Position numbers and translations under genes: made by a program. Shown piece by piece: positions 49,423-58,593 of a stretch of DNA of 64,000 nucleotides; position 1 is the first letter of the stretch; each line of letters starts with the position of its first letter. The notes under the pieces are model-generated. The model did no database searches and was not told where the DNA came from. It saw only the letters and a list, made by a program, of their open reading frames with translations. The stretch spans positions 344,984-408,983 of the forward strand of contig NZ_CP047901.1 of NCBI RefSeq assembly GCF_009936135.1, in the 5' to 3' direction. The stretch is from Candidatus Chazhemtobacterium aquaticus (GTDB lineage Bacteria; Patescibacteriota; Microgenomatia; UBA1400; Chazhemtobacteraceae).

Positions 49423-50709
49423 CTAATTAGAATAAAACCAATCCCATCCAGGGCTATCTACTTCCAGAATCTTACTTTTTAGCATTTTATACACCCCATC
49501 CTCTTTAATTGTCTGCCACGTCCCCTCATAATAATGATAGTCAACTTCACCACCACTCCAATTTTTAGTTGAAAACTTTATATTCACAGTATCCTCACTG
49601 TTTTCTTGTGGCTCAACAAAAATAACATCCACATCCAAAATATCAGTAAATCTATTTGTCCACTCCTCAAAATTAGTTTTTTGAAGGTACTCAGTACTAA
49701 GTAGAGCAAATCCATCTTCCATTCGCCTAGCTTTTAAATAAGTATAAAACGCCTCAACCGCCCCTTGAGGTGACTCTGACGGATCAACTTGAATTTTAGT
49801 AATGTTCTGGTCAGTAAAGTTTGGCACTCCTATTTTTGCCCAGTCACCGCTAATAAACAAAGATAACCCCGCTAAACCAATTGTGTTAATACCAACTACC
49901 TGACCGCACTGATCAACTAACGGTCCCCCGCTCATACCATCAACCAAACTAATATCAGTCTGAATATACGGTACGGTCATCTGTTTCGATTTTCTAAAAT
50001 CAATGAACCTGCCTCTTACCAAAGTAGCACTACCCGCCAAATCTGTTCCTAGAGGATATCCAGCCGTAATCAATGGTTCATCAGCTTGCAATATCACCTT
50101 ATCAGGTAGCGGCAAGACCATATCGGGATACTTGTCATCTGTAAACAATACCGCCATATCAGTCTCTTTGTCTCCAACGATCCGATTTGGGGTAACAAAC
50201 TTACCATCTGAAAAAATAATCTTCGGACTTGGCTCGTCGGCTATGACATGGAAATTGGTTATAACCTGGTCTGGGGCAATAAAAAACCCCGTCCCCTCTG
50301 AATATCCACCAACAACCCTAACAACTGACTTTTGAATATTTTCCCGAACACCAAACGAACAAAGAAATTTTCCATACCACCCATATTGGTTGCGTATATA
50401 GTCAGCGATGACGAATAGAGAAGCGGCCATGTATACAACCACGCCAATAATAAAAATCGACTTCAATAAATTCTTCAAACTTTTGAATGGAAAGATAATC
50501 GTTTCAAAAATGATTTTGATTAGAGCGATAAGAAATTTAAAGATAAATTTTACGAGGTAGTACACGGTGTAAGTAACGAGTTTTATGGGAAACAGGTAAA
50601 TGGGAAACAATAGCCGTTTAAAGTAGGCTACAAACCTAGTGACTAAATTTTTCGAGGTAGTTTTTATGTACCTCGATAATTTTTCAAATTGTTTTTCAAA
50701 AACCTTCAT
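49423..50709 (-). CDS. polytopic-membrane-anchored trypsin-like (S1/HtrA-like) serine protease with ~130-aa C-terminal domain of unknown function
   Basis: Catalytic triad context TNFHVI, DMAVL and DGMSGGPLVD. N-terminal multi-TM region. The C-terminal domain AVEAFYTYLKARRMEDGFALL... is NTF2-like in flavour. Confidence 0.7.
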   Translation of the reverse strand: MKVFEKQFEKLSRYIKTTSKNLVTRFVAYFKRLLFPIYLFPIKLVTYTVYYLVKFIFKFLIALIKIIFETIIFPFKSLKNLLKSIFIIGVVVYMAASLFVIADYIRNQYGWYGKFLCSFGVRENIQKSVVRVVGGYSEGTGFFIAPDQVITNFHVIADEPSPKIIFSDGKFVTPNRIVGDKETDMAVLFTDDKYPDMVLPLPDKVILQADEPLITAGYPLGTDLAGSATLVRGRFIDFRKSKQMTVPYIQTDISLVDGMSGGPLVDQCGQVVGINTIGLAGLSLFISGDWAKIGVPNFTDQNITKIQVDPSESPQGAVEAFYTYLKARRMEDGFALLSTEYLQKTNFEEWTNRFTDILDVDVIFVEPQENSEDTVNIKFSTKNWSGGEVDYHYYEGTWQTIKEDGVYKMLKSKILEVDSPGWDWFYSN

Positions 50710-51207
50710 TCTATTATCTGTTTTGATCGATAGTCGTAACTCCTAAAACAATCGATACATACGGTGTTTGGTAGTTCATCGTTCAAAAAACTCCTTACCA
50801 ATGATTCAGATTATATATCACCTTTCCCTATCAGCCGTCTAATTAGCCCGCCACTCGCCTGACGTGTTTACCTGCAAAATTCCAGGAAACTTGAAACCTC
50901 TTGACTTTCGCCTTTTATTCGGGTTATCTTAAACCCATGGTCCAACGTCTCAACGAACCCGTTTCTGTCACTCTCTTCTTTAATCATCAAAACCATTCCG
51001 TTTTCCCCAAAACCATCATCTGGCACAACCACTCATATCCCATTACTAAGTTAGGTCTCCATCATTCATATCGTCTTGGTTCTACTCTCTACCATATCTT
51101 CTCGGTTGTCTCCCGTTCATATTTCTTCCGTCTTAAACTAGACACCTCTACTCTTCACTGGACTCTCGAGGAACTAAGTGACGGTCTACCCACTTAAATA
51201 GAGTTAG

Positions 51208-52440
51208 ATGATCCAACCTCCCAATCTTCCCTTTAACCCAAAACCTGCCTCCATCCTCCATCTTGATATCAACTCCTGCTTTGCCACCATTGAACAACAA
51301 GCCAATCCTCTGCTCCGCCATCGCCCCATCGCCGTTGCTGCCTACAACCAACCTAGTTGTTGTATCATCGCTCCCTCCATCGAAGCCAAGCGTCTTGGTA
51401 TTAAGGTGGGCACTCGTGTCGGGCAAGCCAAGGCCATCTGTCCTAACATCACCATTCTCGAACCTGATCCTGACAAGTACCGCTTCATCCACCATCAACT
51501 TAAGAATCTTCTTGATTCCTACGCCACCTTGGTTACTCCCAAATCCATTGACGAGTTTGCTCTCGACTTCTCGGATCAACCATCTATAGACCTTCCTAAA
51601 ATCTCTCTAGAAATCAAGCAAAGAATAAAACAAATAGGCGAGTACATTACCGTCTCCATCGGTCTAGGCCCCAGCCGATTTCTTGCCAAAACTGCTGCTG
51701 GCCTACACAAGCCTGACGGCCTTGATCAAATCACCATTCACAACTTTTACTCCATCTACAACCAATTAAAACTCACTGATCTTAATGGTATTAATCTTAA
51801 GAACCAAGCCCGTCTTAATTTGGTTGGCATCTACTCAGTTCTTGACTTCTATAACGCCTCCTACCACCGCCTCTTTTCTGCTTTCCGCTCCGTCCTTGCT
51901 CAATACTGGTTTACCCGTCTTCGTGGGTATGAAGTCGACGACCGCCAGTTTGACCGTAAAAGCTTTGGTCACTCCTATGTCCTCCCCCGACCACTTACTA
52001 AAGACAAAACTCTACCCATTATCCAAAAACTCACTCATAAAGCCGCTCTTCGTCTCCGTCGCGCCGGCTTTCAAACCCAGTCTTTGTCTTTAGGCTTCCT
52101 CTACACCGACCACTCATCTTGGCATCAGCAGCACCGCCTTCCCCAACCTCTTTTTAACACCAGCCGCATCTTCAAACAACTTATTCACCTTTCCTCCTCT
52201 TCACCCAACAAACCCATTAAAACCATCTTTATCTCTCTTCAGTCTCTCGTCTCCCAAGACTATCACCAACTCTCTCTTTTTCAAGACTCTCTAAAAGATC
52301 ATAGACTTACTCATGCCACTGATCTAATCAATCACGGCTGGGGCGACTTTACCATTACTCCTGCTCGCATGCTCACGGCCAGCCAAGCAGCCCTTGATCG
52401 CATTGCCTTTGGTCAAGATCTATTAAGGAACCATCCTTGA
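51208..52440 (+). CDS. dinB: DNA polymerase IV (Y-family)
   Basis: ILHLDINSCFATIEQ catalytic motif and overall Y-family architecture. Confidence 0.85.
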   Translation: MIQPPNLPFNPKPASILHLDINSCFATIEQQANPLLRHRPIAVAAYNQPSCCIIAPSIEAKRLGIKVGTRVGQAKAICPNITILEPDPDKYRFIHHQLKNLLDSYATLVTPKSIDEFALDFSDQPSIDLPKISLEIKQRIKQIGEYITVSIGLGPSRFLAKTAAGLHKPDGLDQITIHNFYSIYNQLKLTDLNGINLKNQARLNLVGIYSVLDFYNASYHRLFSAFRSVLAQYWFTRLRGYEVDDRQFDRKSFGHSYVLPRPLTKDKTLPIIQKLTHKAALRLRRAGFQTQSLSLGFLYTDHSSWHQQHRLPQPLFNTSRIFKQLIHLSSSSPNKPIKTIFISLQSLVSQDYHQLSLFQDSLKDHRLTHATDLINHGWGDFTITPARMLTASQAALDRIAFGQDLLRNHP

Positions 52441-52500
52441 CACCACCCTTCCTCCTCCTTTACTATGTGGCAAGACAGCCTTTAATAATTAAGCTTTTTC

Positions 52501-52905
52501 ATGGACGACAATAATCAAAACCCTTCCGTTAACAATCCTTCTCCCACTCCTCCCGCTACCCCTCCTACTCCACCCACCTCAACACCTACCGATCCAACCA
52601 ATCTTCCTCCTCAGGCTCCCACCCCTACCCCCAACCCCACTCCTTCTGCTCCTGTAGAAATTCCCACTCCTGATCCAGTTGCTCCCCCCACCACTCCTCC
52701 TACCCCTCCCGCAACACCCCCAACTCCTCCAGCTCCCACAACCGAGCAGCCCACCGCCGAGGACCTAGAACTCAAGCGTGCGCAGGAGAACCTCAACGCC
52801 GCCGCCGGCAGTGTTGCCGCCACTCCCCCTACCCCTTCTGCGACTCCAGCCCCAACTGGATCTACCTCTTCTCAGGTTCCTACCGAAGATCCTAATCTAG
52901 GCTAA
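52501..52905 (+). CDS. Pro/Thr-rich low-complexity protein
   Basis: (TPP/PTP)n-rich N-terminal 90 aa, then a short coiled region. Confidence 0.45.
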   Translation: MDDNNQNPSVNNPSPTPPATPPTPPTSTPTDPTNLPPQAPTPTPNPTPSAPVEIPTPDPVAPPTTPPTPPATPPTPPAPTTEQPTAEDLELKRAQENLNAAAGSVAATPPTPSATPAPTGSTSSQVPTEDPNLG

Positions 52906-52915
52906 CCCAATCTCT

Positions 52916-53242
52916 ATGGCCAGCGACTTAGTCTGGACCAATCATCTTGAACAAAGACTTCTTCAGCGTGGTATCTCTCGCAATGAAGCCTATGACGCCA
53001 TTCGTCATCCTGACCAGTCTATTCGCCTCTCCTCAACCAAGTGGAAACTAATAAAAAGCTATCCTCACAAACGTATCGTCGTCATTGCCGTTAAACAGCA
53101 ACATCAATGGATCATTCTCTCTGCCTGGACCAAAAACTCTCACAGCTCAAAAAGTTTCAATCAAGAACACCCTGTCACTCGTTTTTTTAGAAACCTACTC
53201 GTTAAGGGTGTTGACACCCTTGCTCACCTCATCAAACGCTAA
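52916..53242 (+). CDS. DUF4258-like small protein
   Basis: N-terminal WTNHLEQRLLQRGISRNEAYDAI resembles the DUF4258 H-x-ER-x-ERGI-x-x-E consensus. Confidence 0.4.
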   Translation: MASDLVWTNHLEQRLLQRGISRNEAYDAIRHPDQSIRLSSTKWKLIKSYPHKRIVVIAVKQQHQWIILSAWTKNSHSSKSFNQEHPVTRFFRNLLVKGVDTLAHLIKR

Positions 53243-53527
53243 ACCTCCCCACTTCTCCCGTATCTGCCAATAAACAGAGCAGTCCATCAAGGCAAATACT
53301 CCCTCTCTCTTTTCTCCTCTAGGGCACTCGTAAACTACCGCTAGTATGAAAAAAACCACCGCCATAAATACAACTGAAATAACCAGCCAGCTAAAAATCT
53401 GTGAATAAAATTGATATCCAGAAGGAATCAGTTCATACACACCTGTTGCCAAGTGAACAAACCACTCAGAAAAAGCAGCTAAAAACATAATTGCCAACAC
53501 TACTCCCAAAAAAACACTACCAGCCAT
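53195..53527 (-). CDS. small membrane protein (hypothetical)
   Basis: Three hydrophobic helices. Converges with and overlaps the 52916-53242 gene. Confidence 0.35.
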   Translation of the reverse strand: MAGSVFLGVVLAIMFLAAFSEWFVHLATGVYELIPSGYQFYSQIFSWLVISVVFMAVVFFILAVVYECPRGEKREGVFALMDCSVYWQIREKWGGLAFDEVSKGVNTLNE

Positions 53528-53554
53528 AGATTCAATCCTACCAAAAATATAAAA

Positions 53555-54259
53555 CTAAAGTCTTTCTCGTAATCGTTCCCATTGCTCTTTCCTTAAAACC
53601 AGCTCAGGATTAGCCTTAATAATCTCTTCCGCCTTGCTCATGTGTGACTCGGCTTCTTCTTTTCTTCCAAGTTTGACTAAAGCCTCCGCAGCACTCATAT
53701 GCATCCCTGACAACCAAACATCCTTGTTGTACCTTGACTCATCACTCACCTCCAATAGGTTAATTGCTTCAAGCAATCTTTCATAACCACCCTCATCACC
53801 AGTCATCATCTGACAAAAACTCAAGTGAGCCATCATCTCTGCCTTGAACCCATCTCGGTTATGACTCTCTGGTAAGTCGTCTTTACTCTCTACCGCTCTC
53901 TCATGCCACTTTAATGCCTCTTCATACTCGCCCAAAGACTCATACACCTTTCCAACTGTATGGCAGGGTAATACCGTCGCACTTTTATCCCCACTCCTCT
54001 CAGCTGCCTCTACCCCAGCCGTAGCTGCATGAACCGCATATCTAAGCCACAACTCTGAACCTGTTTTATCCGCCAAATGTCTAGCCGTTAACACCCTTGA
54101 CTGCAACACCTCGGCAAAACCAAGCACATCTCCATCCTCAATATATGCCGCCATAGCCTCATCAGTAAACCTCAAAGCATCCACAAACTCCCCTTTCTCC
54201 CTGGCTTCCTCTGCTTGTCCATGAATTCTCCGTCCTTGTTCGCTTGTATTCATAACCAC
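53555..54259 (-). CDS. TPR-repeat protein
   Basis: Repeated A/L/Y/W-rich helical pairs (ALKWHERAVES...; AEALVKLGRKEEA) typical of TPR. Confidence 0.55.
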   Translation of the reverse strand: MVMNTSEQGRRIHGQAEEAREKGEFVDALRFTDEAMAAYIEDGDVLGFAEVLQSRVLTARHLADKTGSELWLRYAVHAATAGVEAAERSGDKSATVLPCHTVGKVYESLGEYEEALKWHERAVESKDDLPESHNRDGFKAEMMAHLSFCQMMTGDEGGYERLLEAINLLEVSDESRYNKDVWLSGMHMSAAEALVKLGRKEEAESHMSKAEEIIKANPELVLRKEQWERLRERL

Positions 54260-54260
54260 A

Positions 54261-55100
54261 TTATACCTTCCTACTCAAATCCAAATCAACCATAAACTCA
54301 TCATAGAATTTACTTCCCTTCGAAACCACCCTATTCAACATCTCATACCTGCCGCTATCTGATCGATCAAGCATATCCCTCAAAACCCTTACATAACTAT
54401 CGTACAAATTGTCATCCCCCATCTCCTTAGCCTTTTTGACAAAATGCACAATCTCCATCAATAAACTAGTAGGTAACCAATAATTCTCTGGTTGTCGCCT
54501 CTCATCCACAAATCTACCCACGTAAGCAAGAATCTTTCCTCTCCCTTTAAGTACAGCCAAGGTTGTCCGCCCGTTTCCATCATATACCACTAATTTGTCC
54601 TTTCCTTCTATGCTTTTTTGAGTCGCAATGATTGGATTAGTCGATCTCTCTTCCGTTATCTCATACCACTTTTGCATCTCTTCTAGGTGACTTTTTCTTA
54701 ACCTTTCATTTTTTAAATATCCACTCATAGCCAGTCTCACCTCATTACCTTCAGGAACCATCTCCTTCACCAATGAATTAACAGTGCCAAAATTCAAGAG
54801 CTCCAGCTCTATCTCTTCTTTTGTCCACCTAACATTCTCTCCAGTGATGAAATTCAGCAAGTGACTATACAACTTAAACCCCATCATGATCCCGTGTACA
54901 CCATTCCAAAAATCCCTTACCGGATACAAGAACGGTGCCTCATCAAACCACCCTTCAATATCCTGATCAATCCTTCTCCAAACCTCCCCTTTTATCGAAG
55001 GAAGATACTTCCTTAACTCGTGCCTTACATAATCAACCCCGATTTCTCTTCTAATTTGCTCATACAAATGTTTTGGGTAAACCTCTCTCTCCATGGCCAA
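54261..55100 (-). CDS. hypothetical protein with possible ParB/Srx-like fold
   Basis: KLVVYDGNGRTTLAVLKGRG weakly resembles the ParB/sulfiredoxin DGxxR core. Adjacent to the TPR gene with a 1-nt spacer. Confidence 0.4.
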   Translation of the reverse strand: MAMEREVYPKHLYEQIRREIGVDYVRHELRKYLPSIKGEVWRRIDQDIEGWFDEAPFLYPVRDFWNGVHGIMMGFKLYSHLLNFITGENVRWTKEEIELELLNFGTVNSLVKEMVPEGNEVRLAMSGYLKNERLRKSHLEEMQKWYEITEERSTNPIIATQKSIEGKDKLVVYDGNGRTTLAVLKGRGKILAYVGRFVDERRQPENYWLPTSLLMEIVHFVKKAKEMGDDNLYDSYVRVLRDMLDRSDSGRYEMLNRVVSKGSKFYDEFMVDLDLSRKV

Positions 55101-55127
55101 ATTCTAACATGGTAAAATCCAACTCTG

Positions 55128-55853
55128 ATGCTAAGACTAACCACTCTCATCATTGTTTCTTTTCTTCTCACTGCCTGTAATTATGCTGCCTTAGAAAAAG
55201 AAAACGATCCTAATCAACCCTCATCTCCCCAAATTAATCTTAATCTTGAATCAAACAATCAAACTGGCTCTCAACCAGATAATCAACAATTACCACCACC
55301 ACCCATGGATCAACAACCAACCGCAACCCCAGCCCCCAATCTCGCCTCATCAGCCGTCATTGTCACCTCTCTTGGCGATATTACGATAAAACTGTTTCCT
55401 GACAAAGCCCCTCTCACTGTCAGTAATTTTGCCGGACTAGCTACTGGTACAAAAACCTGGACTGATCCTAGAACTGGTGGGCAAAAAACCGGAGAACCTC
55501 TGTACAACAACACCATTTTTCACCGAGTTATCGCCAACTTCATGATCCAGGGAGGCGACCCCTTGGGTACTGGAACTGGCGGACCAGGTTACAAGTTTCA
55601 AGATGAAATCGCCCCCGATCTTGTCTTTGACAGACCCTATCTTCTTGCCATGGCCAACTCAGGTCCTAATACCAACGGATCTCAATTCTTCATTACCGTT
55701 GCCCCCACTCCCTGGCTTAATGGTAAACACACCATTTTTGGCGAGGTAGTCGGTGGCCAAGAAATTGTCGATCAAATCGCCACTACTCCAACTGACAGCA
55801 ACGACCGACCTCTAGAAGATATCACCATCAAGGTTATTCAAATCACCCCCTAA
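55128..55853 (+). CDS. cyclophilin-type peptidyl-prolyl cis-trans isomerase lipoprotein
   Basis: Lipobox LLTACN, and cyclophilin blocks [15 protein letters not shown] and [13 protein letters not shown]. Confidence 0.85.
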   Translation: MLRLTTLIIVSFLLTACNYAALEKENDPNQPSSPQINLNLESNNQTGSQPDNQQLPPPPMDQQPTATPAPNLASSAVIVTSLGDITIKLFPDKAPLTVSNFAGLATGTKTWTDPRTGGQKTGEPLYNNTIFHRVIANFMIQGGDPLGTGTGGPGYKFQDEIAPDLVFDRPYLLAMANSGPNTNGSQFFITVAPTPWLNGKHTIFGEVVGGQEIVDQIATTPTDSNDRPLEDITIKVIQITP

Positions 55854-55857
55854 ATTT

Positions 55858-56718
55858 GTGTCAAACACTTCTTCATCTGGCCGCAAAATAGGCGCTCACG
55901 TCTCAGCTGCTGGTGGACCAAGCAAAGCCGTAAACAACGCTCTTTCCATTGGTGCCAATTGTTTTCAAATTTTTGCCGGCTCTCCTCGCACCTGGAAACG
56001 ATCTCTTTACGACCAAAGCGAGGTAGATCGCTTTAACCAGCTAGTTGATCAAAACAACCTCAGGCCCGTCTTTATTCACGCTCTCTACCTAGTTAATCTA
56101 GCCTCTGATAATCCAGAAACACTGGACAAATCCTTACAGTCTCTTCTTGTTGATCTCCAAAACGGGGACCAGATTAATGCAGCCGGTGTCATTGTTCACC
56201 TAGGTTCTCATCAGGGTAGGGGATTTAACTCCGTTAAGTCTCAATTAATCCAGAAGATCAATCTGCTACTCAGTCAAACGAAATCTACCCCTCTCCTAAT
56301 CGAAAATTCCTCTGGACAAAAAGGTAAGGTCGGGTTACTTACTGAAATTGAGGTACTTCTCTCCCAGATCTCTTCAGACAGACTTCAGGTTTGTCTAGAT
56401 ACCGCCCATCTCTTTGAAGCCGGTTATGATCTAAACAACACTAAACAGACAGATCAGCTCATCAAAGAACTAAAGCAGCGAAACATACTTCCCCGCCTTA
56501 GCTGTCTCCACCTTAATGATTCCAAAACCCCCCTTGGCTCAGCCAGAGATCAGCACCACAATCTGGGACAAGGACATATTTCTCTTGCCGGCCTAAAACA
56601 TCTCGTCAACCATTCTCAGTTAAAACATCTCCCTCTCATTTTAGAAGTACCTGGATTCAACTCAAAAGGACCTGATCAACAAAATATCCAAATCGCCCAG
56701 TCTCTTATTCATACCTAA
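55858..56718 (+). CDS. nfo: endonuclease IV (AP endonuclease family 2)
   Basis: IGAHVSAAGG, the FQIF...PRTW block, and metal ligands (HLGSH; LDTAHLFEAGYDL). GTG start. Confidence 0.85.
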   Translation: MSNTSSSGRKIGAHVSAAGGPSKAVNNALSIGANCFQIFAGSPRTWKRSLYDQSEVDRFNQLVDQNNLRPVFIHALYLVNLASDNPETLDKSLQSLLVDLQNGDQINAAGVIVHLGSHQGRGFNSVKSQLIQKINLLLSQTKSTPLLIENSSGQKGKVGLLTEIEVLLSQISSDRLQVCLDTAHLFEAGYDLNNTKQTDQLIKELKQRNILPRLSCLHLNDSKTPLGSARDQHHNLGQGHISLAGLKHLVNHSQLKHLPLILEVPGFNSKGPDQQNIQIAQSLIHT

Positions 56719-57919
56719 TCGCTTCAATCGGTGGTAAGCTAGCCGCCCTTCTTGCTGGAAATACTCCAAAGAAAACTCCGATTGCTGTAGAGACTCCAAA
56801 TGATATTGCCACTGCCAAAAAGTTAATCGCAACCGGGAAAAAAATTCTTATTATCATCACCAAAATCACTGCCAACAACAGACCTAGTAGTCCTCCAAAC
56901 AAAGACAGCATGACCGACTCGGTCAAGAACTGCATTAAGATGTCTTGTCTCGTCGCCCCTATTGCTCGCCTAATACCCACCTCCTTGGTTCTCTCAGTTA
57001 CAGAGGCATACATAATATTCATAATTCCAATTCCTCCAACTATCAAAGATATTGATCCAATTGCTACCAAAATCGCATTAACCACTCCAAAAATTTGATT
57101 CACCGTTGACAATATCTCTTCTTGTTCCACCACTGAAAAATCACTCTCCTTGTATCGTCTTAATAAAATCTGCTCAGCTTGTTCCTTAACGCTGGCTACA
57201 TCATCCTTTGACAATACTCCTAAATAAATCGACCAGAATGTCTTGTCAGGATTCATCGTTCCAAAAGTAGTTGTGTATGGCAAAACCACCGACCCATCTG
57301 TCTCTGGATCACCAATCTTCTCCATTACTCCACTAACTCTAAACCTAATATCATCAACTCTAATCGTCTTACCAACAGCCATATCGGGCTTCTCAAACAG
57401 ATCTTTAGCCATCTCATAACCAAGAACTGCTACTTTTGTTCTACCTTGTATGTCCGACTGATCAAATAGTCTACCCTCATGAACCTCCGCTGCCATGGTC
57501 TTAAAAAAACCTTCATTTACACCCATAACGTATCCATATTCTTCTTCACTTCCTGTTTCGATTAAGGCAGATTTAAAATAAACAGGAACTACATACTCAG
57601 CGCCACTGATTCTTTCCAATGAGTTTAAATCTCGCTCATCAAATTTTATTCCTCCAACCATCCCTGCCGGAGAACTAAAACCTCCTCCTCCACCACCTCC
57701 AAAACCACTTCCCGGCATGATCATAACCATGTTTGCCCCCAAGTTTTCAAAAGACTCTTTGATGTAGTTTTTCAAGCCTAAACCCAAGGCGATCAGCATT
57801 ACTACCGACAACACTCCAATCATGATTCCCAGAGAAGTCAAAAAAGTTCTTACTTTGTTTCTCTTGAAATCAGCTAGCGCCGAGATAATCAAATGATAGG
57901 TACCGTTCTTTAGTTTCAT
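56705..57919 (-). CDS. MacB/FtsX-type ABC transporter permease
   Basis: N-terminal TM, large periplasmic domain and C-terminal FtsX-like 3-TM bundle. Coupled to the upstream ATPase gene. Confidence 0.8.
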   Translation of the reverse strand: MKLKNGTYHLIISALADFKRNKVRTFLTSLGIMIGVLSVVMLIALGLGLKNYIKESFENLGANMVMIMPGSGFGGGGGGGFSSPAGMVGGIKFDERDLNSLERISGAEYVVPVYFKSALIETGSEEEYGYVMGVNEGFFKTMAAEVHEGRLFDQSDIQGRTKVAVLGYEMAKDLFEKPDMAVGKTIRVDDIRFRVSGVMEKIGDPETDGSVVLPYTTTFGTMNPDKTFWSIYLGVLSKDDVASVKEQAEQILLRRYKESDFSVVEQEEILSTVNQIFGVVNAILVAIGSISLIVGGIGIMNIMYASVTERTKEVGIRRAIGATRQDILMQFLTESVMLSLFGGLLGLLLAVILVMIIRIFFPVAINFLAVAISFGVSTAIGVFFGVFPARRAASLPPIEAIRYE

Positions 57920-58593
57920 TTTGTTTCCTTTACAACTTTTCCATCCCTCATATATATCCGACGTCTAGTTTTCTCAGCTATCTCTAGTTCATGAGTTACT
58001 ACCACTATCGTCACCCCCAGCTCTTTGTTAAGACTTGCTAACAAATCCATAATTTCATCTCCTGAAGCAGTATCCAGATTTCCTGTCGGTTCATCCGCCA
58101 AAATAACTGACGGCTTCATTATCAGCGCTCTCGCCACAGCTGCCCTCTGCTGTTGTCCTCCTGATACCTTGTTTGGATAAAAATTACGCCTTTCCCAGAT
58201 TCCAAATCTCTTTAGTAAGTCTTCTGCATTTTTCTCAACATTAAAATCAATGCTCGATCTGGCGTATCTTGTCGGCATTAACACATTCTCCCAAATCGTA
58301 AACTTATTTATTAAATTAAACGATTGAAACACAAAGCCTACTTTTCTGTTCCTAATTTCCGACAAATCATCATCAGATAGTCTAGATACATCCTTACCCT
58401 CTAATAATAATTTTCCACTCGACGGCACTTCCAACAATCCAATCAGATGCATCATTGTTGATTTGCCACAACCAGATGGGCCCAAAATACTCACGTACTC
58501 CTTTTTCTTTATCTCCAGACTTACATCATCAACAGCCCTCACCTCTTCGTCTCCTAAAAAATAAGTCTTAGAAACTCGATCAAGCTTAATCAT
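57916..58593 (-). CDS. ABC transporter ATP-binding protein (MacB/LolD-like)
   Basis: Walker A GPSGCGKST, signature LSGGQQQRAAVARAL, and Walker B ILADEPTGNLD. Confidence 0.85.
   Translation of the reverse strand: MIKLDRVSKTYFLGDEEVRAVDDVSLEIKKKEYVSILGPSGCGKSTMMHLIGLLEVPSSGKLLLEGKDVSRLSDDDLSEIRNRKVGFVFQSFNLINKFTIWENVLMPTRYARSSIDFNVEKNAEDLLKRFGIWERRNFYPNKVSGGQQQRAAVARALIMKPSVILADEPTGNLDTASGDEIMDLLASLNKELGVTIVVVTHELEIAEKTRRRIYMRDGKVVKETK

Noticed and set aside
50901-51579. ORF 50901-51197 (+, 98 aa) and ORF 51148-51579 (-, 143 aa)
   Set aside because: The first has a non-protein-like H/S/L/F-rich composition in a pyrimidine-biased intergenic region. The second is antisense to the well-supported dinB.
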